Assembly (NCBI GenBank): GCA_031409335.1 | Contig: JANNWY010000212.1 | Coordinates: 1 to 64,000, forward strand | Source of the DNA: Chthoniobacteraceae bacterium | GTDB lineage: Bacteria > Verrucomicrobiota > Verrucomicrobiia > Chthoniobacterales > Chthoniobacteraceae | Length of the DNA: 64,000 bases | Direction: 5' to 3' | Part shown: positions 28,601-37,412 of the stretch, piece by piece | Position numbering within the stretch: the first letter of the stretch is position 1 | How the letters are laid out: every line of letters starts with the position of its first letter | Translations under genes and position numbers: made by a program | The notes under the pieces: model-generated | What the model saw: the letters and a program-made list of their open reading frames with translations, nothing else | Told to the model about the DNA's origin: nothing | Database searches by the model: none

Positions 28601-31275
28601 CCATCCATGTAATGGCCGGCGAATTCGGGCGCGGTACTGTTGTCCTGCACGTTCTCCTTCGCGTAGGGATTCACGAAGAGATTCGTCGTCCCCGGCGGCA
28701 GGGTCCAGGTGTTCGTCAGCGTCTCCCAAGTGGCCGGGTTGCCGTCGCTGATGAGTTCCACGTTGTTGCCGCCAAGGCTGCCGATGTTCGGGCTCGTGGT
28801 GAGACTGCCGTTCCGGGCGATAAGGAGAATGCGGAAGGAAGTGTCAGTATTCGCGTTTCCGGCAACCCGATTGAAGCGCGCCGTCACCTGCACGGTCACG
28901 TTGCCCGCCGCGATCTGCGCCGCATACGCGGAGAGGTCCACGTATTGGGAAATGTCGCCGTCCGCATTTCCGGCCTGCGCGCCCGAGTCCGTGGTGCCGA
29001 GGAATTTCGCCATGCGCACGCCCTCGAAAGGCGTGATGCCATTCTCCGCGCCGACGGTCGCCGCGATGTCCTGCTTCCAATCGCCGAACGTCGTCGAGAT
29101 GCCGCCGCCCAGCGACTCGTTCGCCTCGAAACCGCCGTTCACCAGCAGCTCGTTCGGCCCGCCGATCAATCGCACAACGACGAACTGCGGCACACTTGAA
29201 AAGGAGGAATACCCGGCCGCCACAATGTCCCCGTTCGCATCCAGGGCGAGCGCGTAAAGTTCATCGTCCTGTGTTCCGGGGGCGAGCGTCACCTTGCCGT
29301 CACCGTCGAACGTGGTGTCCAGCGTGCCGTCCGGATTGTAGCGCACCACGGCCATGTCGGTGCTTGCGCTGTTGGCAGTTCCCACACACACGATCTTGCC
29401 ATCCCGCTGCACGGCCACCCCGTTACAGACGTCGATCCCGCTGCCAATGGCAGTAACCACCTTCCCGGTTCCGTTGAAGGTCGTATCCAGCGAGCCGTTA
29501 GCCAGGCAGCGGACCACGGCAAAGTCCGCATTGCTTGAGCCAGACGGATAGGAATGTCCGGCCAGCACAATCCTGCCATCCGCCTGAACGGCCATGTCGC
29601 GCACCTCATCGAAGCCCGTGCCCGCGGGGATCACCGCGATCCCGCCACTGCCGAACGTCGCGTCCAAGCCTCCGCCGGCCAGCAGTCGCGCGACCGTGAA
29701 GTCCGGATTCCCCGCGGCATTGAAGGAGTAGCCCGCCACCAGCGTCTTCCCGTCGCCCAACACGGCCACATCGAATGCCTCCTCACTCTGGCTCCCAATG
29801 GCCAGCGTCCGTTTCCCATCGCCGTCAAAGGTGAAGTCGGGTGTCCCGTCTGCATTGAGCCGGGCGATGGCCATGTCCACCGTGGCCCCCGTGGTGTATC
29901 CCACCACTGTGATCTTCCCGTCCGGCCCCACCGCCACCCCGAGGGCCACGTCGTTGCCACTGCCGAAAGTGACCGTCACCCCGCCTCCGTTGAAACTCGT
30001 ATCGAGTCCACCCGTGGAGGTATAGCGGGCCAGGGCAAAGACGTACCGCCCGGCACTCTGCGTCTGCCCGGCCACGACGATTTTGCCGTCCGGCTGCAGG
30101 GCCAGCGCATTGATGAGGTCCACTCCGCTGCCAAAGCTTGTTGTGATCAGACCAGTGCCGCTGAAGAATGTATCCAGGCCCCCGTCCGTTTTGTAGCGGG
30201 CCAGCGCGAAATCATGGTTCGTCCCATTGCTGGCAAAGCCCGCCACCACGATTTTCCCATCAGGCTGCACCGCCACGTCGCGACCCTGTGAACTGCGCAA
30301 AGTTGCGCCATCCATAAATGGCGTGATCTGGCTGCCGTCATCGGAAAAGCTGAAGTCGAGAGCGCCCGGTCCGAGATGAACGTAGGCCGAGCCTATCGAA
30401 AAGGTGGCGTAGTTGGAATTGACGGCCCCAATCCGGTAATAAACTCGCTGACCCGCGGTGAGGCCGGAAAGATTGATGGAGACCGGTGTTCCATTAGCGG
30501 TGACTGTAGGAGGGCTCGCGTTGACCGTCGTGCCGAGTGCGAGGGTCGGGCCATAGTCAAAAAAGACGTTGGCGGAGCGTCCATCAGCGCTCACGATGCC
30601 GTTCAAGGTCGCGGAGGAATTCCCCGTGGGAATCGGCTCACCGAGGGTCACCGCTGGAGCAGCGATCTCCCGGAAGATCACATCGTTAATTGCCATCCGT
30701 GCCGGTACCGATGTGGCGGCAGTCAGGTCGATCAAAACGCTGCGAAAGTCGGTGGAAATGTTGTCGCTAATCCCTCCGATGAATACGGCAGTGCCGTTGT
30801 TATTCTCATTGGAGGTACCGTTCGCCGAGAGCGTACCGAGCAGGGTTCCTGAACCAGCGGTACCGCTGTAAAAGCGCAACCTGGCGGTAAAAGCACCGAA
30901 AGCCTCGGATTGAACATTGAAGCCGAGGCTGCGAATTAGATTGGGGAAGCTCAGCGTGATGGGAGCGCCCGTGGTGTAACAGAGCGACTCGCCCGGGGTG
31001 AAGTTCCCCAAGAACTGCCCGGTAATTGCAGACGTGGTCTGAACGGTCTGGGCGAGCACGCCGGATGCAGAAGACACATCGACGGTGCCGTAAGCTCCAA
31101 CGGTCACCGGTTCGCTGTTACCGACGTTGATGCCCAATGTGCCCATCGAGTTCCAATCCAGCAGGCGGGTGGCGCTGAGGGCCGATCGATTGGCAGCGGC
31201 ATTGATCGCCGCCGATGCGGGCGGTGTTGATAGCCAGCAGGCGAGAATCAGCGTGAGTGCGGACAGAATTTTCAT
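25693..31275 (-). CDS. Large surface protein: two delta-60 (DUF5122) repeat arrays, Ig-like/choice-of-anchor D, cadherin-like beta-sandwiches, verrucomicrobial C-terminal domain
   Basis: Signal peptide; many 'QxDGKIVVAG...RY..DG.LD.SFG..G' repeats; 'LSPAF....TNY...V.AQNG.TTKTY'; DLDGDG...EFVFGTDP...SADLSVW...FFRV. Confidence 0.92.
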   Translation of the reverse strand: MKILSALTLILACWLSTPPASAAINAAANRSALSATRLLDWNSMGTLGINVGNSEPVTVGAYGTVDVSSASGVLAQTVQTTSAITGQFLGNFTPGESLCYTTGAPITLSFPNLIRSLGFNVQSEAFGAFTARLRFYSGTAGSGTLLGTLSANGTSNENNNGTAVFIGGISDNISTDFRSVLIDLTAATSVPARMAINDVIFREIAAPAVTLGEPIPTGNSSATLNGIVSADGRSANVFFDYGPTLALGTTVNASPPTVTANGTPVSINLSGLTAGQRVYYRIGAVNSNYATFSIGSAYVHLGPGALDFSFSDDGSQITPFMDGATLRSSQGRDVAVQPDGKIVVAGFASNGTNHDFALARYKTDGGLDTFFSGTGLITTSFGSGVDLINALALQPDGKIVVAGQTQSAGRYVFALARYTSTGGLDTSFNGGGVTVTFGSGNDVALGVAVGPDGKITVVGYTTGATVDMAIARLNADGTPDFTFDGDGKRTLAIGSQSEEAFDVAVLGDGKTLVAGYSFNAAGNPDFTVARLLAGGGLDATFGSGGIAVIPAGTGFDEVRDMAVQADGRIVLAGHSYPSGSSNADFAVVRCLANGSLDTTFNGTGKVVTAIGSGIDVCNGVAVQRDGKIVCVGTANSASTDMAVVRYNPDGTLDTTFDGDGKVTLAPGTQDDELYALALDANGDIVAAGYSSFSSVPQFVVVRLIGGPNELLVNGGFEANESLGGGISTTFGDWKQDIAATVGAENGITPFEGVRMAKFLGTTDSGAQAGNADGDISQYVDLSAYAAQIAAGNVTVQVTARFNRVAGNANTDTSFRILLIARNGSLTTSPNIGSLGGNNVELISDGNPATWETLTNTWTLPPGTTNLFVNPYAKENVQDNSTAPEFAGHYMDGVTLTLIIPQEIQVEQPVGTILTDAASTVDFGSTPLGTPVTRTFRVTNRGGEDLHVTGLTLPTGYEHVGTFAPFTLAPNATQDLQIRFLANTVKGVFGGTMMLLSDDADEGSFDLALTARAIIGGNPAALDLTFNGTGKVTTSVGSGVGDRGHSVAIQSDGKIVVAGDSYTGSGYEFALMRLTTLGALDTTFGSGGKVTTLSGFGKSVALQSDGKIVVGGEGSPLGERFALMRYLSDGTLDASFGNGGKATTTFGHGSDEVRAIALQSDGKIVMAGSAFNGSNYGFAVVRFTAAGVLDSSFGSGGKVTTPIGSGPDRVGGVGVQSDGKIVVVGFSFNGSSNDFALVRYTAAGVPDSTFGNGGKATTSLSNNNDSAASVAFQPDGKIVVAGSGGFIDVALVRYATNGTPDASFGSGGKVITPIGTNTDVGSSVALQSDGRIVVAGSSYIGSDFDFAVVRYLSDGALDPSFGTGGKLTTPVGSDQDNGEGVALQSDGKIVVAGTARIAGADKFAVVRYGVDLQPTVITFTGTGYPSGLGGLTGSVNPNGVVTNVWFEWGTTAAYGQATAPQAVGYGNVAVTVGNGISGLIPGATYHFRIVAQNGETTAYGANATFVVPLNNNADLTNVTLGAGTLSPAFASATTNYAASVPHSADTIAVTVTREDVNASISLNGSPADSPNSLILTYSVNLNVGANTIDVLVRAQNGTTTKTYSVVVTRAGSPNADLGTLLLQADSILPVNLTPAFAPGVETYSGAVPFGTANIWVHALADDTNASVYVPGASGLPAAGTFTGLFPFAVGNSAIITITVIAQDGFNFKTYTVNMTRQTAYESWIAGYNAGVVSPATADLDGDGAINLFEFVFGTDPVTPESGAIIVTAGTLVRRGSPAVLLENTPTGGACRALFGRRLNYEGAGLTYTVQFSADLSVWENSTDTPAVIASDFEMEAVTVPFPLLLSTGAKAQFFRVMVMGP

Positions 31276-31361
31276 AGGATGCCGAAAAGGAGGTTTATTT
31301 GGGCGCGCTGTGCTCGCGTTGATTGGCGGAGCTTCATGTAAGACGCTGAAATGCCGCCGCT

Positions 31362-31688
31362 TCAGCGATCGTCAGGGGATTTCCGGCCCGTGCGTTTTGC
31401 GACCAGCGTTCCGCAGCCGACATAGGCACACCCGGATAGGTAAATCATCAGGAAGTTAAAGAGCACCAAAACGGTGGTGCTGGAGTTGATAAGATCGAGT
31501 CGAAAGATGACGGCAAACCAGATGTAGGCGCAGAGCGCACCCCCCGCGAGTGCCGCCAGTCCTCCGAGGAGGCCCCATCGTCTGAAAACGCCGAAACAGA
31601 CTTCCACCAACACCGCCGCGGCGATCCCCAGAAGGATGGGGACCGCCACGATGGCTTTCACTCCATAAACTAAATCTCTAACGTCCAT
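31362..31688 (-). CDS. Small membrane protein (about 3 TM)
   Basis: Three hydrophobic segments; co-oriented with neighbours. Confidence 0.6.
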   Translation of the reverse strand: MDVRDLVYGVKAIVAVPILLGIAAAVLVEVCFGVFRRWGLLGGLAALAGGALCAYIWFAVIFRLDLINSSTTVLVLFNFLMIYLSGCAYVGCGTLVAKRTGRKSPDDR

Positions 31689-31715
31689 TGCATCGGTCGC
31701 GTTTTCGCTTGGACA

Positions 31716-32024
31716 CTACTGCGTCCGTGACCAATCGAAGGACGACGCGCAATCCTTAAAGTTGTTGTTGTGCGTATCGGCGTCCGCTCCTTCGCCGCTA
31801 ATCGGACATTGACGCCCGCCTCGATCGTGATCTTCGTAGAACGTCACCACGATTCCGGGGTCCAGTTTCCACTTCAACGATGAGAGGCAATCCTTGAAGT
31901 CGAGTTGGTGCAAACTATGCACCGCGCCAATGGCATAATTTGAAATGGCAATGCGCCGAATCCTTCCGTTTTCCGCAAAATCGCGGTTTTCAAATAGGAT
32001 TACTTCGTTTTGTTGTGGTTCCAT
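31716..32024 (-). CDS. Beta/gamma-crystallin-like protein
   Basis: Two Greek-key-like halves: LFENRDF..G...FKDCLSSLK and FYEDHD.GG...FKDCASSF. Confidence 0.7.
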   Translation of the reverse strand: MEPQQNEVILFENRDFAENGRIRRIAISNYAIGAVHSLHQLDFKDCLSSLKWKLDPGIVVTFYEDHDRGGRQCPISGEGADADTHNNNFKDCASSFDWSRTQ

Positions 32025-32031
32025 ATTTCGG

Positions 32032-32499
32032 TTAAGCGATCAACGGCAATTCCGCTCCAAGCACCGCCCCATTGGGATGGTTCATTCCTGTAGTAAGGAT
32101 TTTTGTGCCTTCCTTGATCTCACCCATCGCAGCCGCTAAGCGTTCATTAAACGAAGGGCCATTTATCCAAAACTCAAACTCCACACTTCCTACCGTCGCT
32201 GCGTCGTCCTCGGATAGACCCGAAAGCCAAATGTCGGTGCGATCCGCAGGCGACCCGGGGACCCACTCGCCATTCACTCCGTACGGAGACGACGCTTGCA
32301 CTTCGATGATATTGCCGGGTTGATCGCGGAAGATCGCCAGACAACGCCCGGTGAACCCTGCCAAAGCCTCCCGGGACCATGTGCGGATTTTAGTGATGAT
32401 GGTTCGGTCCTGATTGATGGTCATGTCGCAGGACATCCAGAAGGATCGTCCAGGCGTGACGCGGGTCTCTCCGCGTCCGGTGCGTAGTGGTAGTGGCAT
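32032..32499 (-). CDS. Hypothetical protein
   Basis: 155-aa ORF, 7 bp upstream of the crystallin gene, with an AT-rich leader. Confidence 0.65.
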   Translation of the reverse strand: MPLPLRTGRGETRVTPGRSFWMSCDMTINQDRTIITKIRTWSREALAGFTGRCLAIFRDQPGNIIEVQASSPYGVNGEWVPGSPADRTDIWLSGLSEDDAATVGSVEFEFWINGPSFNERLAAAMGEIKEGTKILTTGMNHPNGAVLGAELPLIA

Positions 32500-32660
32500 A
32501 GTGATTTGTGTGTTTGGTTTTTTCCTGTTTGCTGTGAGTAGTGGCTGCCATTCGCGTCGCGATGGTTGAGTCTCTCATAGGCGTTACCGTCCCCGTTTCG
32601 ATTCGTGACGGCTTTTTCACTTTGAAGCGCGACGCGGCTGCGGTTAGTTGGCGGCGCTTC

Positions 32661-33407
32661 ATGGAACACGCTGAAACGCCCCCCTTTTCGGAAAAATCGC
32701 TGCGAGAATCGGGCGCTTTTGCTCCGACTCGCTGGTCGCTGGTGCGGCGGGCGGTGTTGCAGCCTTCGGCGCTCGGGGAATGGCTCGGGCTTTACTGGTA
32801 TCCACTTTATGTCTGGGCGCGGAAGCGCGGGGCGAGCGAGGCGGATGCGGCGGATGGGGTGCAGGGGTTTTTGGAGAAATTGTGCGGGCGGTCGCTGCTG
32901 GCGCAGGCCGATGAAAATCGGGGGCGTTTGCGGAGCTGGTTGCTGACGGCGTTTGGGAATCATCTGGCGAATGTGGCGGAGCGGGCGCAGCGGCTGAAGC
33001 GCGGGGGCAGCGCGGAGCATGTGTCGATCGACTGGGGGACGGTGGAGGCGACGTATCAAGTGCATGTTGGGATGGCTCCAGGGGCTTCGCCGGAGGCGCA
33101 GTATGCGCGGGCGTGGGCGCTGACGCTGATGGAGGAGGCGCTGCTGGCGGTGGAGGCGCATTATGCGAAGACGGGGCGCGCGGAGTGGTTTGCGGCGATG
33201 GCTCCGGCGCTGGATGGGCCGCTGGAGGAGGAGACTTTTGGGGAGGTGGCCGCGCGGCTGGGGACGAATGCGGTGGCGCTGCGGCAGGCGGTGCAGCGGT
33301 TGCGGCAGCGCTACCGGCGGTCGCTGCTGGAGATCGCGTCGGAGCGGCTGGGGATTCAGGGCGAGGCGCGGGTGGGGGCGGAGATTCGAGCGATGCTGGG
33401 GGCGTGA
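32661..33407 (+). CDS. ECF sigma factor (PVC-type, kinase-associated)
   Basis: FAPTRWSLV, YWYPLYVWARKRG, RGRLRSWL, KRGG, region-4 HTH; next gene is a Ser/Thr kinase. Confidence 0.88.
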   Translation: MEHAETPPFSEKSLRESGAFAPTRWSLVRRAVLQPSALGEWLGLYWYPLYVWARKRGASEADAADGVQGFLEKLCGRSLLAQADENRGRLRSWLLTAFGNHLANVAERAQRLKRGGSAEHVSIDWGTVEATYQVHVGMAPGASPEAQYARAWALTLMEEALLAVEAHYAKTGRAEWFAAMAPALDGPLEEETFGEVAARLGTNAVALRQAVQRLRQRYRRSLLEIASERLGIQGEARVGAEIRAMLGA

Positions 33408-33510
33408 CGGGCTGGGCGAAATGAAATCAGCCACGGAAAATTCACGGATGAAACAGGGAGCGGGAACCGGCAGAATGGGAAATTCAGGGAGGGAACGGCG
33501 AGGCGATCGG

Positions 33511-33687
33511 AGCGCCAACGGCGCGGCATATCTCAGCCCAGGGCAACGCCCTGGGTGTGCATCCGTCATCGGCGTCAGCCCTGAAGGGGCGGCACAGCCG
33601 GTTGTTTCGCCCCTTCAGGGCTTGGCCGATTTTCGTCAGGTACCCAGGGCGTTGCCCTGGGCTGAGATATATTGCACCTTCGGTGCT
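33511..33687. repeat. REP-like nested palindrome, family A copy 3
   Basis: ATATCTCAGCCCAGGGCAACGCCCTGGGT ... AGCCCTGAAGGGGCG..CGCCCCTTCAGGGCT ... ACCCAGGGCGTTGCCCTGGGCTGAGATAT. Confidence 0.92.
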
Positions 33688-33750
33688 GCGGATTTCGCGG
33701 CGGTTCGCGTATTTAGTGGGCATCACAAATTCGGCTTTTCGCGGTAGCGC

Positions 33751-36432
33751 ATGAAGACGATGCCTTCGGAACCCGACCAACCTGCGCGGAAGACGCCGCC
33801 TTTTCTCCGGGGGCTGAATCCGGACGGGCTGGCGGAGGTGTTGGGGGCGAGGCTGGAGAGGCCGGTGGTGCCGGGGTGGCAAATCCTGGAGGTGGCGGGG
33901 GAAGGCGGGTTGGGCGTGGTTTGGCGGGCGGTGCGCGAATCGGATGGCGTGGTGGCGGCAGTGAAAATCGCGCGCGGGGAGGATCAGGATACGGTGGAGC
34001 GGATCGAGGCGGAGGCGTCGGCGCTGCGGGCGCTGGCGCATGGGAATATCGTGCCGCTGCTGGATGCGGGGGCGCTGGAAGATGGCGGGCTGTTTTTGGC
34101 GATGCGTTTCATTCCGGGACCGACGCTGGCGCAGACGATCCCGCCGGGCGGACTGCCGCCGGAGCGCGCGTATGCGCTTTTTCGCGGGATCGCGGCGGCG
34201 GTGGCGCATGCGCATGGGCGCGGGATTTTGCATCGCGATTTGAAGCCCGCGAATATCCTCCTCGCGCCGCCGTCGGCGGAAGGAGGCGAGCCGGTGCCGG
34301 CGGAATCGAGGACGAGGACGAGTTCTGCCGAGCCGGTGCCGATGGTGGCGGATTTCGGGCTGGCGCGTCCGGTGCATGAGCGGGTGGAGCATTTGTCGCT
34401 GACGCAGGCGGGCTTGATCGCGGGGACGGTGGAGTATTTGCCGCCGGAGGCTTATTTGCGCGGGTATCATCCGACGGCGGGCGGCGATGTGTATGCGCTG
34501 GGGGTGATTCTTTATGAAATGCTCGCGGGCACTCCGCCGCGCGGGGCGTGGGCTCCGGCGGCGCAGTTGCGTCGCGTGGATGTGCGCGTGGATGAAGTGC
34601 TGCGGCGCGCGATGCACCCGGAGCCGGCGCGGCGCTGGGGCAGCGTGTCGGAAATGAGCGCGGCGCTGGAGGCGATTCATAAAAGTCCGCCGCGCTTCGC
34701 AGGCTCGCCGCTGGTGACGCAGACGACGCAGACGGCGGATGCGCTTTGGACGGTGCTCGGGCTCGCGCTGGCTTTCGTGACGCTCTGCACGCTGATCCGC
34801 ATGGACAAGGCGATGATCCCGGTGCCCATCGATCTCATCGGCAAACACAGCGTGAAGACGGGCGGATTTCAGGCGCTCTTTTATCTGATGCAGGCGCTCG
34901 TGCCGCTATGCGTGTGGCAGCTCGCGCGGCTGTGGCGATTTCGTCGCGTGCCGCTGCGCGAAGGGCTGCCGAGTCCGTTTGGGTTGCGGCTGGGTGGGGG
35001 AAAGGTCGCGGCGGTGCTGGTCGCGAGCGGGCAGACTTTGTGTCTGCTGCTGCCGCTCTATTTTCTCTACGATCTGTATGTGCAGTGCGGGACGGTGTGG
35101 GTGCGGACGGGCGACGGGCCGTGGGCGCAAGGGCTGTGCGTGACGCCGCGGCTGGGGCCGAATCGCGCGGACGTGCCGAAGGAAGCGCTCTCGCCGTGGG
35201 CCAAGGCGAAGCCGGGCTACACGTATTATTTGAAACACGTCATGGGTCCACCCGAACAGCCGTCGTCGTTTTACTACGATCGCATCGGCTTCATCCCATT
35301 TTACATCCCTGCGGAAATGGTCGCGGTAGCCTCGCTCGCGGGGCTGACGCTGCTGGCGACGCTGGCCGCCGGGCTGCATGGCTGGACGATGCGGCGGCGC
35401 TGGCTGCGCGCGGCGGCGATGCTGACGCTCGCGCCGCTGAGTGCGCTAAGTTTTTCAAATCACTGGCGCTATGAACTGGCGAAGGCCGCAGAGCATCGGC
35501 TGGCGGCTCAAGACACGGCGTGGACGCGGGGTTTCATGCCGGCTCGGTCGAACGCGATGATCAAATCCTATTGGGCGGAACAGCCGGAGGGGCACACGCC
35601 GATCCCGGCCGAATTGGTGGCGCACTATGCGGCAGAGGTGGATTACCGCGACGCGGGAAAGATTGCGCGGGAGCGGATTGCGGAGTTGCACTTGCAGGAC
35701 ATCGCGCGCGGAAAGGCCGAACGGCGGACGATGTGGAATCCGGCGGTCTTTCCCACGATGCCGGGCGTGGTGCCGGGCGATCCACGACGAAAACTCACGG
35801 TGCATCTGGAATACGTGCGGCTGACCGATCCGCCGCCCGCAGACCCGGCAAAGCCGGAAGCTGGACCGTTCGCGACGGCGGCGAACTGCCACCTTTTTCA
35901 AGAGGGAGATTTCAGTCTCACGCCGGGGTTGGAGCCGTTCCGATTTCACAAAGAGGTGCTGCAAGAGGAACTGATTTACAGCGCGGCGAGCTGCCCGCTC
36001 CATGTCGGCGCGGCGGCAAATTGGCACCGGCAATTTCTCGCCGCGCTGGCCACATCACACGCGTCGTCGCCCGCTCCATACGCCGAGGTGCCCGCGACCG
36101 AGCCGCTGCTCGGGCATTTTCACACCGACCTCCTCGTGGCGCTCGACCGCAAGCACGGCGAGGGAGTTCACGACGACTCCATGGACCGTAAGCGCGGCTC
36201 AAAAAATTACCTCCGGTTCACGATCCACGACCTGCGCCGCCGCCCCGGTCTCCAGCCCGCCGGATCGCTCGATCTACGCATCGAACAACTCCCCGGCGCA
36301 CGCGGACGCATCCGCTTTCCCATGCGGGAGCGGACCACCACTGGCGCGATCACCTTCGTCGCCGACCTCGCGCACATCGACGGTGCGTGGCGCTGCGTGC
36401 AGCTCTTTTACGAACCCCCGAATATCCCATGA
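33751..36432 (+). CDS. Hanks-type Ser/Thr kinase with multi-TM and extracytoplasmic C-terminus
   Basis: GEGGLGVV, AVK, HRDLKPAN, DFG, YLPPE, DVYALG; several TM helices follow. Confidence 0.93.
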   Translation: MKTMPSEPDQPARKTPPFLRGLNPDGLAEVLGARLERPVVPGWQILEVAGEGGLGVVWRAVRESDGVVAAVKIARGEDQDTVERIEAEASALRALAHGNIVPLLDAGALEDGGLFLAMRFIPGPTLAQTIPPGGLPPERAYALFRGIAAAVAHAHGRGILHRDLKPANILLAPPSAEGGEPVPAESRTRTSSAEPVPMVADFGLARPVHERVEHLSLTQAGLIAGTVEYLPPEAYLRGYHPTAGGDVYALGVILYEMLAGTPPRGAWAPAAQLRRVDVRVDEVLRRAMHPEPARRWGSVSEMSAALEAIHKSPPRFAGSPLVTQTTQTADALWTVLGLALAFVTLCTLIRMDKAMIPVPIDLIGKHSVKTGGFQALFYLMQALVPLCVWQLARLWRFRRVPLREGLPSPFGLRLGGGKVAAVLVASGQTLCLLLPLYFLYDLYVQCGTVWVRTGDGPWAQGLCVTPRLGPNRADVPKEALSPWAKAKPGYTYYLKHVMGPPEQPSSFYYDRIGFIPFYIPAEMVAVASLAGLTLLATLAAGLHGWTMRRRWLRAAAMLTLAPLSALSFSNHWRYELAKAAEHRLAAQDTAWTRGFMPARSNAMIKSYWAEQPEGHTPIPAELVAHYAAEVDYRDAGKIARERIAELHLQDIARGKAERRTMWNPAVFPTMPGVVPGDPRRKLTVHLEYVRLTDPPPADPAKPEAGPFATAANCHLFQEGDFSLTPGLEPFRFHKEVLQEELIYSAASCPLHVGAAANWHRQFLAALATSHASSPAPYAEVPATEPLLGHFHTDLLVALDRKHGEGVHDDSMDRKRGSKNYLRFTIHDLRRRPGLQPAGSLDLRIEQLPGARGRIRFPMRERTTTGAITFVADLAHIDGAWRCVQLFYEPPNIP

Positions 36433-37322
36433 AATCCATCCCATCCGCCGCCCTCGCCGTTTCACTCTTCATCACCACATCGCTTCCCGTCTTCGCGGAT
36501 GATGAAACCGACTTCGCCACCGCCCCCGATGCCTCGTGGCAACGGGCGAACGCCATTGGCACGGCGGCGTTCTCTTTCGCCGGTGGCGTGGCCACGATCT
36601 CCGCCGCACCACCGCCGCCGGAGCAAGCGCCCTTCATCGGGCGCGCGCGCGGCGCACTACTCGCGCCGACGGAATGGACCGACTGCGCCGTGTCGGTGGA
36701 TGTGGTCGCGTGGAGCGCGACGCGGGTTTTCACGAGTGTGATCACGCGCGTCGGCACGCCCGCCGGACTCGGCACGAGCCGCGGCTACAGCTTCACGCTC
36801 ATCCCTTCCACGGGCGCGGTGGAGATGCACCGGCTCGATGGGGAAATCCCGACAAGACTCAGCTCGACGCAATTCATCAGCATGACGCCCGGCGCGACCT
36901 TCCGCCTCGTGCTCGCGAGTGTGGGCGACCGTCACACCGCGCGCATTTACAACACCGCCGATCTCGCCACCCCGCTCGCGGAGGTTTCCGCATTCGATTC
37001 CACTTACGCCAGCGGACGCTGCGGCATCGTCGCGAGCACCGATTCCTACACGACCATCCAGGCGAGCTATGACAATTTCCTCGCCTGGCCTGGCGTGTCC
37101 GCGCTGCTCACAGTCCTACCTGAGTCGGGAAATTTTGCCGTGGAAACCGACGCCCCTCGTTCGCTTGCGTCGTTTTGGGAAAGCACGGACGATCTTCCCG
37201 GCGGCATCTGGCAGCCCGAATTCCCCTTGCTCACGCAACAGCCCAGCGGTGTGCTCCAGGCGACTTTCGGCCTCGCGGAACCCGCGCGCTTTTTCCGCCT
37301 GCGTCTGCTTGGGTCGCAGTGA
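36429..37322 (+). CDS. Secreted beta-sandwich protein with verrucomicrobial C-terminal domain
   Basis: ATGA-coupled to the kinase; signal peptide; ends WESTDDL...W...RFFRLRL. Confidence 0.8.
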   Translation: MKSIPSAALAVSLFITTSLPVFADDETDFATAPDASWQRANAIGTAAFSFAGGVATISAAPPPPEQAPFIGRARGALLAPTEWTDCAVSVDVVAWSATRVFTSVITRVGTPAGLGTSRGYSFTLIPSTGAVEMHRLDGEIPTRLSSTQFISMTPGATFRLVLASVGDRHTARIYNTADLATPLAEVSAFDSTYASGRCGIVASTDSYTTIQASYDNFLAWPGVSALLTVLPESGNFAVETDAPRSLASFWESTDDLPGGIWQPEFPLLTQQPSGVLQATFGLAEPARFFRLRLLGSQ

Positions 37323-37324
37323 GT

Positions 37325-37411
37325 GCGGGGGTGTCATGGGAGCGCCAGAACTGCCACCAATTCCACGCGCCGCCGGAGGCCATCCGGCAGTTCGAGGTGG
37401 CGGCGAAGTGA
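37325..37411 (+). pseudogene. Relic 3' end of the decaheme cytochrome gene
   Basis: GVSWERQNCHQFHAPPEAIRQFEVAAK* versus GVKWECQNCHQFHAPPEAIQMLESASAK*. Confidence 0.88.
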
Positions 37412-37412
37412 A

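Larger units (their letters stand above)
24384..37324. mobile_element. Putative genomic island bounded by diverged direct repeats (no integrase seen)
   Basis: The 3' end of the decaheme gene (24294-24383) recurs at 37325-37411; interior is accessory genes with lower-GC patches. Confidence 0.6.

Noticed and set aside
27050..30300. Periodic repeats suggesting a CRISPR or DNA array
   Set aside because: Degenerate protein-level delta-60 repeats with no constant repeat-spacer structure; the same applies to the LRRs at 59.9-60.2 kb.
31276..32540. Run of small low-GC genes as integron cassettes
   Set aside because: Most gaps (7 and 27 bp) are too short for attC sites, and there is no integrase.
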